Part shown: in pieces, positions 1 through 8,982 of the stretch | Layout: each line of letters opens with the position of its first letter | Numbering within the stretch: position 1 is the first letter of the stretch | DNA from: an uncultured delta proteobacterium | GTDB taxonomy: Bacteria > Desulfobacterota > Syntrophia > Syntrophales > UBA2185 | Assembly: GCA_963729715.1 (NCBI GenBank) | Contig: CAVSPA010000004.1 | Coordinates: forward strand, 512,001-576,000 | Reading direction: 5' to 3' | Length of the DNA stretch: 64,000 bases | The notes under the pieces: generated by a model | Databases searched by the model: none | Told to the model about the DNA's origin: nothing | Seen by the model: the letters and a program-made list of their open reading frames with translations, nothing else | Translations under genes and position numbers: made by a program

Positions 1-346
1 TATCACAAAAGACTCCTCACTTGAAGGAATATTTAACCAAGATCGTGGACACAACATCCCCACTCGGCCTTCCGGTTTGCAGGGAGTGGAGATCACGGTG
101 TCGTGGCAAAGAGCACGCACTTCCTTGATTTATACAAGCTTACCAACGCGTTCGCATACTTCGAGGATGGTCAGGTAAATGCCGCTGTTTTTGCAGAGTC
201 GTCAAAAATTGTGTTGACACAACCAATAGCATATGGTAAGCGCACTCCCGTATATTATTGACGCTTTCATTTTGCAGTAAAGACATATTTGTCTTTATGG
301 ACAACTGACAATTCCTCTAAACATCTCTTTAAGTTGGAAAATTAAA

Positions 347-715
347 TTGACCCTCCATGAGATAAGAAAACTTCTTGATGCAGAAGTCCTGATCGGTGAA
401 GATCAGTTAGGTATGGAGGTGAAGACGGCTTTTGTCGCAGACCTCATGAGTGACGTTCTTGCCTTTGCCACAGCGGGAAGTCTTTTGATTACAGGATTGA
501 CAAATCCTCAGGTTGTAAGGACGGCAGATGTACTTGATATCGCCGCAATAATCATGGGCAGGGGAAAATTGCCTTCCCAAGAAACCTTCCAGCTGGCGGA
601 GGAACTCAATATCCCCATTCTTACGACCAAATATATTCTTTTTGAGATCGCCGGGCAATTATACGCAAGAGGTATAAGGGGTTGTATAGAAAAAGTGGGG
701 AGTAAGAAAACATAA
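347..715 (+). CDS. DRTGG-domain protein (hydrogenase-operon-associated regulator type)
   Basis: Contains ADLMSDVLAF...LLITGLTNPQVVRTA, typical of DRTGG-domain proteins found upstream of hyd/hnd operons. Confidence 0.85.
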   Translation: MTLHEIRKLLDAEVLIGEDQLGMEVKTAFVADLMSDVLAFATAGSLLITGLTNPQVVRTADVLDIAAIIMGRGKLPSQETFQLAEELNIPILTTKYILFEIAGQLYARGIRGCIEKVGSKKT

Positions 716-717
716 TC

Positions 718-1167
718 GTGGATGAAAAACCCCTTTATGAAGGAAGTTTCACAGTAATGGGCGGTAATTTTGACAATGCCGGTGAGGTCTCGAGCAATAT
801 AAAAACAGTTCTGAAACAAATAGGTCTTCCGAAAGACGTTATAAGAAAAGCAGCCCTTGTTGCCTATGAATCTGAAATAAATATCGTCTCTTATGCCCGA
901 AGGGGGATGATCCGTCTTCGCGTTGTCCCTGATTGCATCATGATTGAGGCTATAGATGAAGGCCAGGGAATTCCAGACATAGAACAAGCCATGCAACCGG
1001 GATTCTCGACTGCAAGTCAGAAGATCAGGGAAATGGGCTTTGGCGCCGGCATGGGACTATGCAATATAAGGACCTTTTCCGACGTATTTCATATCACGTC
1101 CGAAGTCGGTAAGGGCACACATCTAAGGATGATAATTAAAGCCAATAGTGCCGTTTTGAATAGCTGA
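718..1167 (+). CDS. Anti-sigma-factor-type Ser/Thr kinase (HATPase_c, RsbT-like)
   Basis: YESEINIV N-box, DEGQGIPDIEQAMQPGFST and GFGAGMGL ATP-lid motifs. Confidence 0.85.
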   Translation: MDEKPLYEGSFTVMGGNFDNAGEVSSNIKTVLKQIGLPKDVIRKAALVAYESEINIVSYARRGMIRLRVVPDCIMIEAIDEGQGIPDIEQAMQPGFSTASQKIREMGFGAGMGLCNIRTFSDVFHITSEVGKGTHLRMIIKANSAVLNS

Positions 1168-1185
1168 GAAAAGGAGCCCTCTGAC

Positions 1186-1527
1186 TTGGATTTGGAATCT
1201 ATCGTCAAAGCCATGAATTTAAAGGTCAGATCCGGTCAGGACAAACTGAAAACGGAGATACGGGGCGGCTACACAGGGGATTTATTGAGCGATGTCATGG
1301 CAAACAGCAAGGAGGGCGACATCTGGATCACACGCCAGGTTCATCAAAATATCGTTGCCGTGGCCAGCCTTAAAGAACATGCGGGTATAATCCTAGTTCA
1401 AGGAAGCGAGCCTGCAAAGGACACCCTCGAAAAAGCCATCAAAGGAGGCGTTCCTATAATGGTATCGGATCTGCCGGGTTTTGAGCTCACCGGCAGGATA
1501 TACGCATTAATAAGCAAGACTGGTTAA
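1186..1527 (+). CDS. DRTGG-domain protein
   Basis: GGYTGDLLSDVMANSKEGDIWITRQVHQNIVAVA motif; AAGGAG RBS upstream. Confidence 0.85.
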   Translation: MDLESIVKAMNLKVRSGQDKLKTEIRGGYTGDLLSDVMANSKEGDIWITRQVHQNIVAVASLKEHAGIILVQGSEPAKDTLEKAIKGGVPIMVSDLPGFELTGRIYALISKTG

Positions 1528-1585
1528 AGCGACAGCGAGTAGGAGAAAACGCCGCATTACGGTTTTTTCTTCATATGGATACTAA

Positions 1586-2332
1586 GTGTTTATGCTCAGG
1601 GCTTTTCGTTGCGATCTTCATGTACATACCTGCCTTTCGCCCTGTGCAGATTTGGATATGTATCCCAGGGCGGTGGTTGACAGGGCTATCGCCGAGAAAT
1701 TAGACATCATCGCGATTTGCGATCACAATGCCTCGGAGAATACGCAATTTGTGCTGAGGTCGGCAGAAGGGAAGCCACTCACAGTCCTCCCGGGGATGGA
1801 AATAACAAGCAGCGAAGAAGTTCATCTGTTGGCTCTTTTTGATACAATGGAAAGTCTCACGAAGATCCAGGATATTATCTATGGTCATCTTGCCGGCACG
1901 AATCGAGAGGAAATATTCGGATGCCAGGCTATCGTAAATGACCTGGACGAAGTCGAGGGCTTTAACGACAGATTTCTCCTCGGAGCAACCAAGTTATCGC
2001 TGCCAGAAATTATCGATCAAATTCATGGGTTCGGTGGACTTGTGATTGCCTCACATATTGATCGGGAAAGCTTTAGCGTCATTAGTCAGTTGGGATTTAT
2101 CGACCCGGAAATTCATCTTGACGCCCTCGAGGTAACACACCATTTGGGAATCAAAGAGGCCCGGATAAAATTCCCGGAATTGTCAGGTTACCCTTTCGTT
2201 GAGTCATCAGATGCGCACTTTATTGATGATATCGGACACGGGACGACAACGATATTTCTCGAAAGAGGCACTATTTCGGAACTGAAAATGGCCTTTAGGC
2301 GCCAAGGTGGAAGATATATTCAGGAGAAGTAG
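1586..2332 (+). CDS. PHP-domain phosphoesterase
   Basis: DLHVHT, CDHN, GMEI, ASHIDR and SSDAH metal-binding motifs. The true start may be ATG 1592. Confidence 0.9.
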   Translation: MFMLRAFRCDLHVHTCLSPCADLDMYPRAVVDRAIAEKLDIIAICDHNASENTQFVLRSAEGKPLTVLPGMEITSSEEVHLLALFDTMESLTKIQDIIYGHLAGTNREEIFGCQAIVNDLDEVEGFNDRFLLGATKLSLPEIIDQIHGFGGLVIASHIDRESFSVISQLGFIDPEIHLDALEVTHHLGIKEARIKFPELSGYPFVESSDAHFIDDIGHGTTTIFLERGTISELKMAFRRQGGRYIQEK

Positions 2333-2881
2333 TTGCTTGAGATCTCCCTGCATATCCTGGACATTGTAGAAAACTCGACCAGGGCCGGCGCCAAGACCGT
2401 ATCTATTGACATTATAGAAGACACAGAAAGGGACATCCTATCATTAGAAATACGGGACGATGGCTCCGGCATGAGCGAGGATGTTTTAAGAAAAGTCATC
2501 GACCCTTTTTTCACAACGAAAACTGTACGCAGCGTCGGGTTAGGACTTCCCATGCTTGCCCAGGCAGCCGAAACAGCGGAAGGCAGATTTATAATCGAGT
2601 CGAAGGGAGGTGAAGGAACAAGGGTTGCTGCAGATTTCAAACTCAGTCACATTGACAGACAGCCCCTTGGAGACATAGCAGGCACGCTGGTCACATTGAT
2701 TGCCGGAAATGAGGACATAGACCTTATTTACCGTCATGCGCATAATGGCAAGACATATATTCTCGATACACGAGAAATTAAGAAAGAAATTGAAGATATA
2801 CCAATTAATCATGTGGCTGTGCTGAATTTCATCAGGAATCATATCACAGAAGGCCTGAAGGAAATCGGAGCAGAGGCATGA
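2333..2881 (+). CDS. Histidine-kinase-like ATPase (HATPase_c)
   Basis: LDIVENS (N box), DDGSGM (G1), DPFFTTK (F) and GLGL (G2); no HisKA domain. Confidence 0.88.
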   Translation: MLEISLHILDIVENSTRAGAKTVSIDIIEDTERDILSLEIRDDGSGMSEDVLRKVIDPFFTTKTVRSVGLGLPMLAQAAETAEGRFIIESKGGEGTRVAADFKLSHIDRQPLGDIAGTLVTLIAGNEDIDLIYRHAHNGKTYILDTREIKKEIEDIPINHVAVLNFIRNHITEGLKEIGAEA

Positions 2882-2903
2882 AGTTTTAAGGAGGATTGAA
2901 TGC

Positions 2904-3422
2904 ATGAAAGCGGGTAATGGTGAAATCAATATTCAAAAAGAGTTTACGTCAGAACAACTTGCAAAGCTCGATGAGATTATCAAGAAATCCAAGGACAAAC
3001 CGGGCGCGCTAATTCCTGTCCTCGAAGAAGCGCAGATGGTCCTTGAATTCTTGCCGATGCCTATTTTGCAGATAATTGCAAAAGGACTGAATCTGCCGCT
3101 GAGTCGTGTATACGGGGTCGTGACCTTTTATTCATTCTTTACGATGACTCCCCGCGGTAAGCATACATTGCGCGTGTGCCTCGGTACAGCTTGCTACGTC
3201 CGCGGAGGGAAGTCCATCATGGAGACGATACAAAAAGAGCTCGGCGTAAAGGAAAAAGAGACAACCCCCGACAGGCTCTTTTCGCTGGAGTCAGTTAGAT
3301 GCCTTGGCGCCTGCGGATTGGCCCCGGTCATAGTAATCACCGAAGACGTCCACGGCAGGATGAAAACGCAAAAAGTCAGGGATATACTGAATCAGTACCG
3401 AGAAGAAACGGTATCAGCCTAA
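2904..3422 (+). CDS. NuoE/HydC-like [2Fe-2S] subunit
   Basis: VYGVVTFYSFF, CLGTACYVRG and CLGACGLAP cluster motifs. Confidence 0.92.
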   Translation: MKAGNGEINIQKEFTSEQLAKLDEIIKKSKDKPGALIPVLEEAQMVLEFLPMPILQIIAKGLNLPLSRVYGVVTFYSFFTMTPRGKHTLRVCLGTACYVRGGKSIMETIQKELGVKEKETTPDRLFSLESVRCLGACGLAPVIVITEDVHGRMKTQKVRDILNQYREETVSA

Positions 3423-3434
3423 CAAATTTTTCAG

Positions 3435-3818
3435 ATGAGGGAAACAGCTATGGCAAAACTCACGATAGCAGATTTAAAGAAGATCAAGGATAAGGTTCAT
3501 TCTGAAACGTCACTGAGGGCGGGTGAGCATAGAGCCAAGGTAACGGTGCACATGGGAACATGTGGTATTGCCGCCGGCGCACGAGCCGTAATGGACTCGT
3601 TGATGGGAGCGATCTCTGAAGCCAATGTATCCGATGTCATCGTGACGACGTCGGGATGCGCGGGACTATGTAGCCAAGAGCCTATGGTAACTGTGGAACT
3701 TACGGGTCAGAGCCCTATCGTCTACGGTAAGATCGATGCAAACAAGATGCGACAAATATTTATGAGACATGTCATGCAGGGAGAGGTGCAAACCCCCTTT
3801 GCGATAGCCAAGGTCTAA
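3435..3818 (+). CDS. Thioredoxin-like [2Fe-2S] ferredoxin (HydD/HndB-like)
   Basis: HMGTCGIAAGA...GCAGLCSQEPMV motif. The likely start is ATG 3450. Confidence 0.88.
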   Translation: MRETAMAKLTIADLKKIKDKVHSETSLRAGEHRAKVTVHMGTCGIAAGARAVMDSLMGAISEANVSDVIVTTSGCAGLCSQEPMVTVELTGQSPIVYGKIDANKMRQIFMRHVMQGEVQTPFAIAKV

Positions 3819-3879
3819 ACATCCAGGAATGCGATAAGCAACATAGTTATACTAAAATGTTAAGGAGGATAATATCCAC

Positions 3880-6800
3880 ATGAAAGTGTTTCGTTCACAT
3901 TTTTTGATCTGTGGAGGAACCGGTTGTCATGCTTCAGGAACCGCCAAGGTCAAGAAGGCCTTGATAGAAGAAATCGACAAGAGAGGTCTTTCAAAAGACG
4001 TCAAGGTTATTGAGACCGGTTGTAATGGATTCTGTGCCCTAGGGCCTATTATGGTGGCCTATCCGGAGGGTGTCGTGTATATGTCAATGAAACCCGATGA
4101 TATGCCTGAGCTGGTTGAAGAACACCTGGTAAAGGGAAGAATTCTTCAAAGGCTTCTCTACAAAGAGCCCACCACAAAAGAAGTCATTCCGGCCATGCAT
4201 GATATACCCTTCTTCGCCCTTCAAGAGCTGAGGGTATTGAGAAACAGAGGGCTCATTGACCCGGAAAACATCGATGAGGCAATCGCAAGGGATGCCTATT
4301 CCGGATTGGCTAAAGCCCTGACCGAGATGACGCCAGAGAAGATTATTCAAGAAGTATTGGATTCAGGTCTCCGCGGCAGAGGCGGCGCGGGCTTCCCCAC
4401 AGGCCTTAAGTGGAGATTCTGCTTTCAGTCCCCCGGCGATGTGAAATACGTTATATGCAATGCTGACGAAGGAGACCCCGGAGCATTCATGGACAGAAGC
4501 GTTCTCGAGGCTGACCCGCATGCCGTTCTTGAGGGGATGGTAATCGCTGCAAAGGCCATCGGCTCTCATTCCGGCTATATTTACTGCCGTGCTGAATACC
4601 CTCTTGCCATCCACAGGCTGAACGTCGCCATTGGCCAGGCCAAGGAGTACGGTCTTCTAGGTAAGGATATCCTGGGAACTGGTTTTGACTTCGATTTACA
4701 GATTTACCAGGGCGCCGGTGCTTTCGTGTGCGGCGAAGAGACGGGCCTGATGACGTCAATTGAAGGCAAACGCGGCATGCCACGGGTTCGCCCACCCTTC
4801 CCTGCTATTGCGGGACTCTGGCAGAAGCCTTCTATTTTGAATAACGTAGAGACTTTTGCCAATATCGGACAGATCATCTTGAAAGGTGCTTCCTGGTATA
4901 ATGCCGTAGGGACAGAAAAAAGTAAAGGAACAAAGGTATTCGCTCTTACTGGCGATGTTAATAATGTCGGTCTCGTGGAGGTTCCCATGGGAACCACCCT
5001 TGGTCAGATTGTTTATGACATCGGCGGCGGCATCCCCGGTGGCAGGAAGTTCAAAGCCGCTCAGCTGGGTGGTCCATCCGGTGGCTGTATTCCCGCCGAG
5101 CATCTTAATGCACCCGTTGACTACGAGCGAGTCACGGAACTGGGAGCCATCATGGGTTCCGGTGGTATGATCGTTCTCGATGAAGATAAATGCGCAGTGG
5201 ACATGGCCCGTTTCTTTATGGACTTCGTTCAGGATGAATCCTGTGGAAAGTGTACACCCTGCCGCGCAGGAACAAAGAGAATGCTCGAGATGTTGACAAA
5301 CATCACCCAGGGCAAGGGCAAGGAAGGAGACATAGAACTCTTGCAAGAGATGGCGGGCATAATCAAGAACGCATCTCTCTGCGGTCTCGGGCAGACAGCC
5401 CCGAATCCCGTGCTCAGTACGATACGTTATTTCAGGGACGAATATGAGCAGCATATCAGAGATAAGCGATGCAAAGCCGTTGTTTGCTCCGCCCTCTTCA
5501 AATCACCCTGCCAGCACACGTGTCCAGCCGGTATGGACGTTCCGGCTTATATCGCCCTTATCCGCTCCGGGCGTTTTGAAGATGCATATAAGGTAATGTT
5601 GCAGACGAACCCCTTACCCTCTGTATGCGGAAGGGTCTGCGATCACAAGTGCCAGTCGAAGTGCCGCAGAGGCAAGCTTGATGAAGCCCTTGCCATCAAA
5701 TTCTTAAAGAGGTTCATTACCGACAATGCGCCGAGGCCCAAAATTTCGCCGGTATCTGTAACCAGGAAAGAGAAGATCGCCGTTATCGGCGCAGGCCCTG
5801 CCGGTCTGACGGCAGCGCGGGACCTGGCGCGCAGAGGATACAAGGTAACCGTGTTCGAGGAACTCTCGGAACCGGGTGGAATGCTCCGCTGGGCTATTCC
5901 CGCTTACAGACTGCCGAGGGAGATCCTTGCCAGCGAGATCAATGATAATATCAAATCTCTCGGTGTGGAGATCAAATGCAACACCCGTGTGGGCAAGGAC
6001 ATCTCCTTTGAACAAGTGGGCAAGGATTTCGATTACATCTTCCTCGCGCCCGGTGCTCAAAAGAGCCAGCCCATGGGCGTTCCGGGAGAAAATCTCAAAG
6101 GCGTCTACGGAGGCGTCGAGTTCCTCAGAGATTTTAATGCCAATGAGGAAGCCTGGCTGAGCGGCAAGAAAACAATCGGTTCAAAGGTTGCTGTAATCGG
6201 CGGCGGCAACTCCGCTATAGATGCCGCTCGCGTCGCACTTCGTCTCGGAGCCGATGTAACCATCCTTTATCGTCGCGAGAGAAAGGATATGCCTGCTGCA
6301 GACGAAGAAATTATCGCTGCGGAAGATGAAGGCGTCAAGATAGAATATCTTGTCGCCCCTTTAAAAATCGACGAAAAGGCCGGCAAGGTAAGCGGCATCA
6401 CCTGTCAGAGGATGAAGCTAAGTGAGTTCGATCGCAGCGGGCGGAAGAAACCAGCGCCCATTGCCGGCTCCGAATTTACACTCAGCGTGGATGCCGTCAT
6501 CGCGGCCATCGGGCAGACGTCGGACATGACTTTTGTCTCCAAGGATAGCGGTGTGACCATCAATAAATGGTCCACATTCGATCTTGCAAAGGGAAGCAAA
6601 TCTCAGACGACAAATCCCAAATTCTTCACCGGCGGCGATGCCCTGACCGGACCGGACACGGTTATCGGCGCTATTCAAGCGGGACATCAGGCAGCCAGCG
6701 ATATGGACAGCCACATCAGGAAAACCAACGGCGAGCCGGCTTACGTGGAACCACCCGAGGATAAGATTGAGATTCCGTTTGTCATTGATGAGGAGACTGT

Positions 6801-6942
6801 GGAAGCTCCTCAGGCCAAGATGCCGGAGATGCACGGGCCGGAGCGCAAGCGCAATTTCAAAGAAGTTGAACTGGGCTACTTGAGAGAAGTGGCGATTCAG
6901 GAAGCGTGCCGGTGTCTGCGGTGTGATGCTGAAATCAGCTGA
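3880..6942 (+). CDS. NuoF/HydB-like NADH-binding FMN subunit fused to a GltD/NfnB-like FAD/NADPH oxidoreductase domain
   Basis: N-terminal CGGTGC 2Fe-2S domain; GRGGAGFPTG, NADEGDPGAFMDR, GAGAFVCGEET and ESCGKCTPCR (NuoF); then CQHTCP, CGRVCDHKC, GAGPAG, GGGNSA..YRR (GltD-like). Confidence 0.92.
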   Translation: MKVFRSHFLICGGTGCHASGTAKVKKALIEEIDKRGLSKDVKVIETGCNGFCALGPIMVAYPEGVVYMSMKPDDMPELVEEHLVKGRILQRLLYKEPTTKEVIPAMHDIPFFALQELRVLRNRGLIDPENIDEAIARDAYSGLAKALTEMTPEKIIQEVLDSGLRGRGGAGFPTGLKWRFCFQSPGDVKYVICNADEGDPGAFMDRSVLEADPHAVLEGMVIAAKAIGSHSGYIYCRAEYPLAIHRLNVAIGQAKEYGLLGKDILGTGFDFDLQIYQGAGAFVCGEETGLMTSIEGKRGMPRVRPPFPAIAGLWQKPSILNNVETFANIGQIILKGASWYNAVGTEKSKGTKVFALTGDVNNVGLVEVPMGTTLGQIVYDIGGGIPGGRKFKAAQLGGPSGGCIPAEHLNAPVDYERVTELGAIMGSGGMIVLDEDKCAVDMARFFMDFVQDESCGKCTPCRAGTKRMLEMLTNITQGKGKEGDIELLQEMAGIIKNASLCGLGQTAPNPVLSTIRYFRDEYEQHIRDKRCKAVVCSALFKSPCQHTCPAGMDVPAYIALIRSGRFEDAYKVMLQTNPLPSVCGRVCDHKCQSKCRRGKLDEALAIKFLKRFITDNAPRPKISPVSVTRKEKIAVIGAGPAGLTAARDLARRGYKVTVFEELSEPGGMLRWAIPAYRLPREILASEINDNIKSLGVEIKCNTRVGKDISFEQVGKDFDYIFLAPGAQKSQPMGVPGENLKGVYGGVEFLRDFNANEEAWLSGKKTIGSKVAVIGGGNSAIDAARVALRLGADVTILYRRERKDMPAADEEIIAAEDEGVKIEYLVAPLKIDEKAGKVSGITCQRMKLSEFDRSGRKKPAPIAGSEFTLSVDAVIAAIGQTSDMTFVSKDSGVTINKWSTFDLAKGSKSQTTNPKFFTGGDALTGPDTVIGAIQAGHQAASDMDSHIRKTNGEPAYVEPPEDKIEIPFVIDEETVEAPQAKMPEMHGPERKRNFKEVELGYLREVAIQEACRCLRCDAEIS

Positions 6943-6972
6943 TTTCTCTTAAGCAAGCGGAACTGTTTTGCC

Positions 6973-7006
6973 AAGAACCCCGTCCTTCTGGACGGGGTTC
7001 TTTTAT
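6973..7006 (+). terminator. Rho-independent terminator
   Basis: AAGAACCCCGTCC-TTCT-GGACGGGGTTCTT perfect stem followed by a T-rich tail, 30 nt after the stop of the NuoF-GltD gene. Confidence 0.9.
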
Positions 7007-7099
7007 TGCTGCTACGGGCAGAACAGTCTTATGCGATCGCGGTGCTGAAAGAAAGTTTGTTATATTCAAAACAAAATTGAGAAAATCATCATTTATCAA

Positions 7100-7633
7100 G
7101 TGACGGAAATGGCGGAGATAAAGAGCACGCTCGACATTATCATGGAAAGGACGAAAAACCTGACCATGACAGAAGAAGAAAAGACATCATTCCGGCGTAA
7201 AGAGGCGGAAGGGAAAGTGAGGGGATGGATACAAAAATATCAAGATGGATCCATCGGGCTTGATAAGTTGAAATCAGGCCTCCAAAAGGAGCAAGCGGAA
7301 TATCCGGATGCCCTCCATATTCTCAAAACACAATTGCTGGACTGCATAACACTCACTGGGGACAATGCCAGCATATTAAGACTCCTTCACGACATCCTCG
7401 GCATAAGTACAGAAAGCATTGGGAATATAGTTCAATCCTTCGAGCGCGAGATGGACATCCTGCGGATCAAGAGGTCTGAAAGCCTTGGGGAAGAATTGAA
7501 GAAAAGAAAAATATACGGCTCTTCAGTTGTCCCCAACCCAAATCACGGCATAGACTGGCAAAAAATTCTACTTGAGGCGGGATCAAACCTGAGGAAACAA
7601 TTAAAGTCTCTCGTAAAACAAAGACCAGCTTGA
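7100..7633 (+). CDS. Hypothetical protein (helical, charged)
   Basis: 177-aa ORF with plausible composition; the start may be ATG 7109 (MAEIKSTLDIIME). Confidence 0.7.
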   Translation: MTEMAEIKSTLDIIMERTKNLTMTEEEKTSFRRKEAEGKVRGWIQKYQDGSIGLDKLKSGLQKEQAEYPDALHILKTQLLDCITLTGDNASILRLLHDILGISTESIGNIVQSFEREMDILRIKRSESLGEELKKRKIYGSSVVPNPNHGIDWQKILLEAGSNLRKQLKSLVKQRPA

Positions 7634-7791
7634 CAGATTGAAAACTAAACGGTCATCGTGCATGGGCTAAGAGAAATGAGGGAATATCGGCAGCAATACA
7701 GTGCATGTATACTGAGGCACTTGTGATAGCCTTCCCCATATTTGTGCTTGGGACGACGAGGAGAACAACAGTTATAATTCTTTTAATTCCG

Positions 7792-8433
7792 TCATAAATA
7801 ATCGAACCAGTAGTTCTTTATTTTCTGGAAATTGGCCTGCACTTCCTTCTTTCCCGCCACAATTTCTCCATGGCCCGAGAGAAGATAGTCTATATCCATT
7901 TCCGATATCCTTTTCACACTTTCCTTGAGCCTGTCGCCGTTTCCTCCGGGCAGATCCGTGCGGCCGATACTCTCCCTGAAAACCAAGTCACCGGCGAACA
8001 ATGCCTTCTTCTCTGGCCAATAGAGGCAGATGGACCCGGGGGAATGTCCGGGGGTTGCGATAACCTCAAACCTGTGCCCGCCTATCGTTAAATCGCCTTC
8101 TCTCAGAAAAAAATGCGGTTCCGGAATTTTGAAATATTGCCCGGCAAGTTGGCTGATAAAACGATAATCTTCTTCATTCATGGCGAACATGGTCGCTTTG
8201 CCAAATCCCTGCACCGCTTCCATGTGATCGGGATGACCGTGTGTGACAATGGCCAAATCGATCTGGTCAGGGGACGTGTTAAGGGCAGCAAGGCTCTTAC
8301 TGACATGTTCAAAAAGATGTTTATGACCAGGATCTACGATGATTTTCAGCTCGCCGTCAATCAAGTAGGTGTTGCAGTTATTCTGCGTATATACCCTCCA
8401 TATAAAGGCATGGAGGTCATCAAATATTTGCAT
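7792..8433 (-). CDS. MBL-fold metallo-hydrolase (glyoxalase II-like)
   Basis: THGHPDH, PGHSPGS, GDLVF..GRTDL and SGHG motifs. Confidence 0.92.
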   Translation of the reverse strand: MQIFDDLHAFIWRVYTQNNCNTYLIDGELKIIVDPGHKHLFEHVSKSLAALNTSPDQIDLAIVTHGHPDHMEAVQGFGKATMFAMNEEDYRFISQLAGQYFKIPEPHFFLREGDLTIGGHRFEVIATPGHSPGSICLYWPEKKALFAGDLVFRESIGRTDLPGGNGDRLKESVKRISEMDIDYLLSGHGEIVAGKKEVQANFQKIKNYWFDYL

Positions 8434-8487
8434 GAGTTAAATCTTCTATAGTCTCTACTTGAGCGAGCGCTTCAAAATCCATTCCCC

Positions 8488-8970
8488 TCAGAATTCAATA
8501 CTGAGATTGACTTGAGGTTCAAAAATCTTGCCGAGAGATTCAAAAGTATCCCTGTACGGGGAGTTCACAAACATGGACGGAAGGGATTTGATCGCATAGA
8601 GTTTGTCTACGCCGCTTCCCGATGGCTGGCGTATATCCACCTGTAACTGATCGAGCAAGGTACGTGAAAAGGATACACTGACTTTGCGAAACCTAAGAAC
8701 ATTCAGAGAACCATCATTTCCCCTCTCCGCTGTATCACGCTCCATTGGAATAATCTTGTCGGTTTGGATAAACTTATTTTTTGCTTCTGGTATTCTATCA
8801 GTATCAACGGCGACCACATACGACCCGAGTTCGGTATTTGTGTTAAACGGTTCCCAATCGGCATTCATTCCCGAAGCGTTGCCCTCAACGGCGCTTACGG
8901 CTATCAAAAGGAAGAGATATATAAACCACGCGTAGTTCGAACCATGCACCCTCTTCATATCCACCACCAC
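8488..8970 (-). CDS. Hypothetical exported protein
   Basis: N-terminal hydrophobic stretch; starts 12 nt after the amidase stop; ends in an aromatic residue (..LSIEF). Confidence 0.6.
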   Translation of the reverse strand: MVVDMKRVHGSNYAWFIYLFLLIAVSAVEGNASGMNADWEPFNTNTELGSYVVAVDTDRIPEAKNKFIQTDKIIPMERDTAERGNDGSLNVLRFRKVSVSFSRTLLDQLQVDIRQPSGSGVDKLYAIKSLPSMFVNSPYRDTFESLGKIFEPQVNLSIEF

Positions 8971-8982
8971 TACAGCTCCGGA

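Noticed and set aside
4084..6834. Antisense and alternate-frame ORFs over the NuoF-GltD gene (and similar ones over dnaB, clpB, rplY and the RND genes)
   Set aside because: They overlap well-supported genes and lack motifs or RBSs; most likely shadow ORFs.
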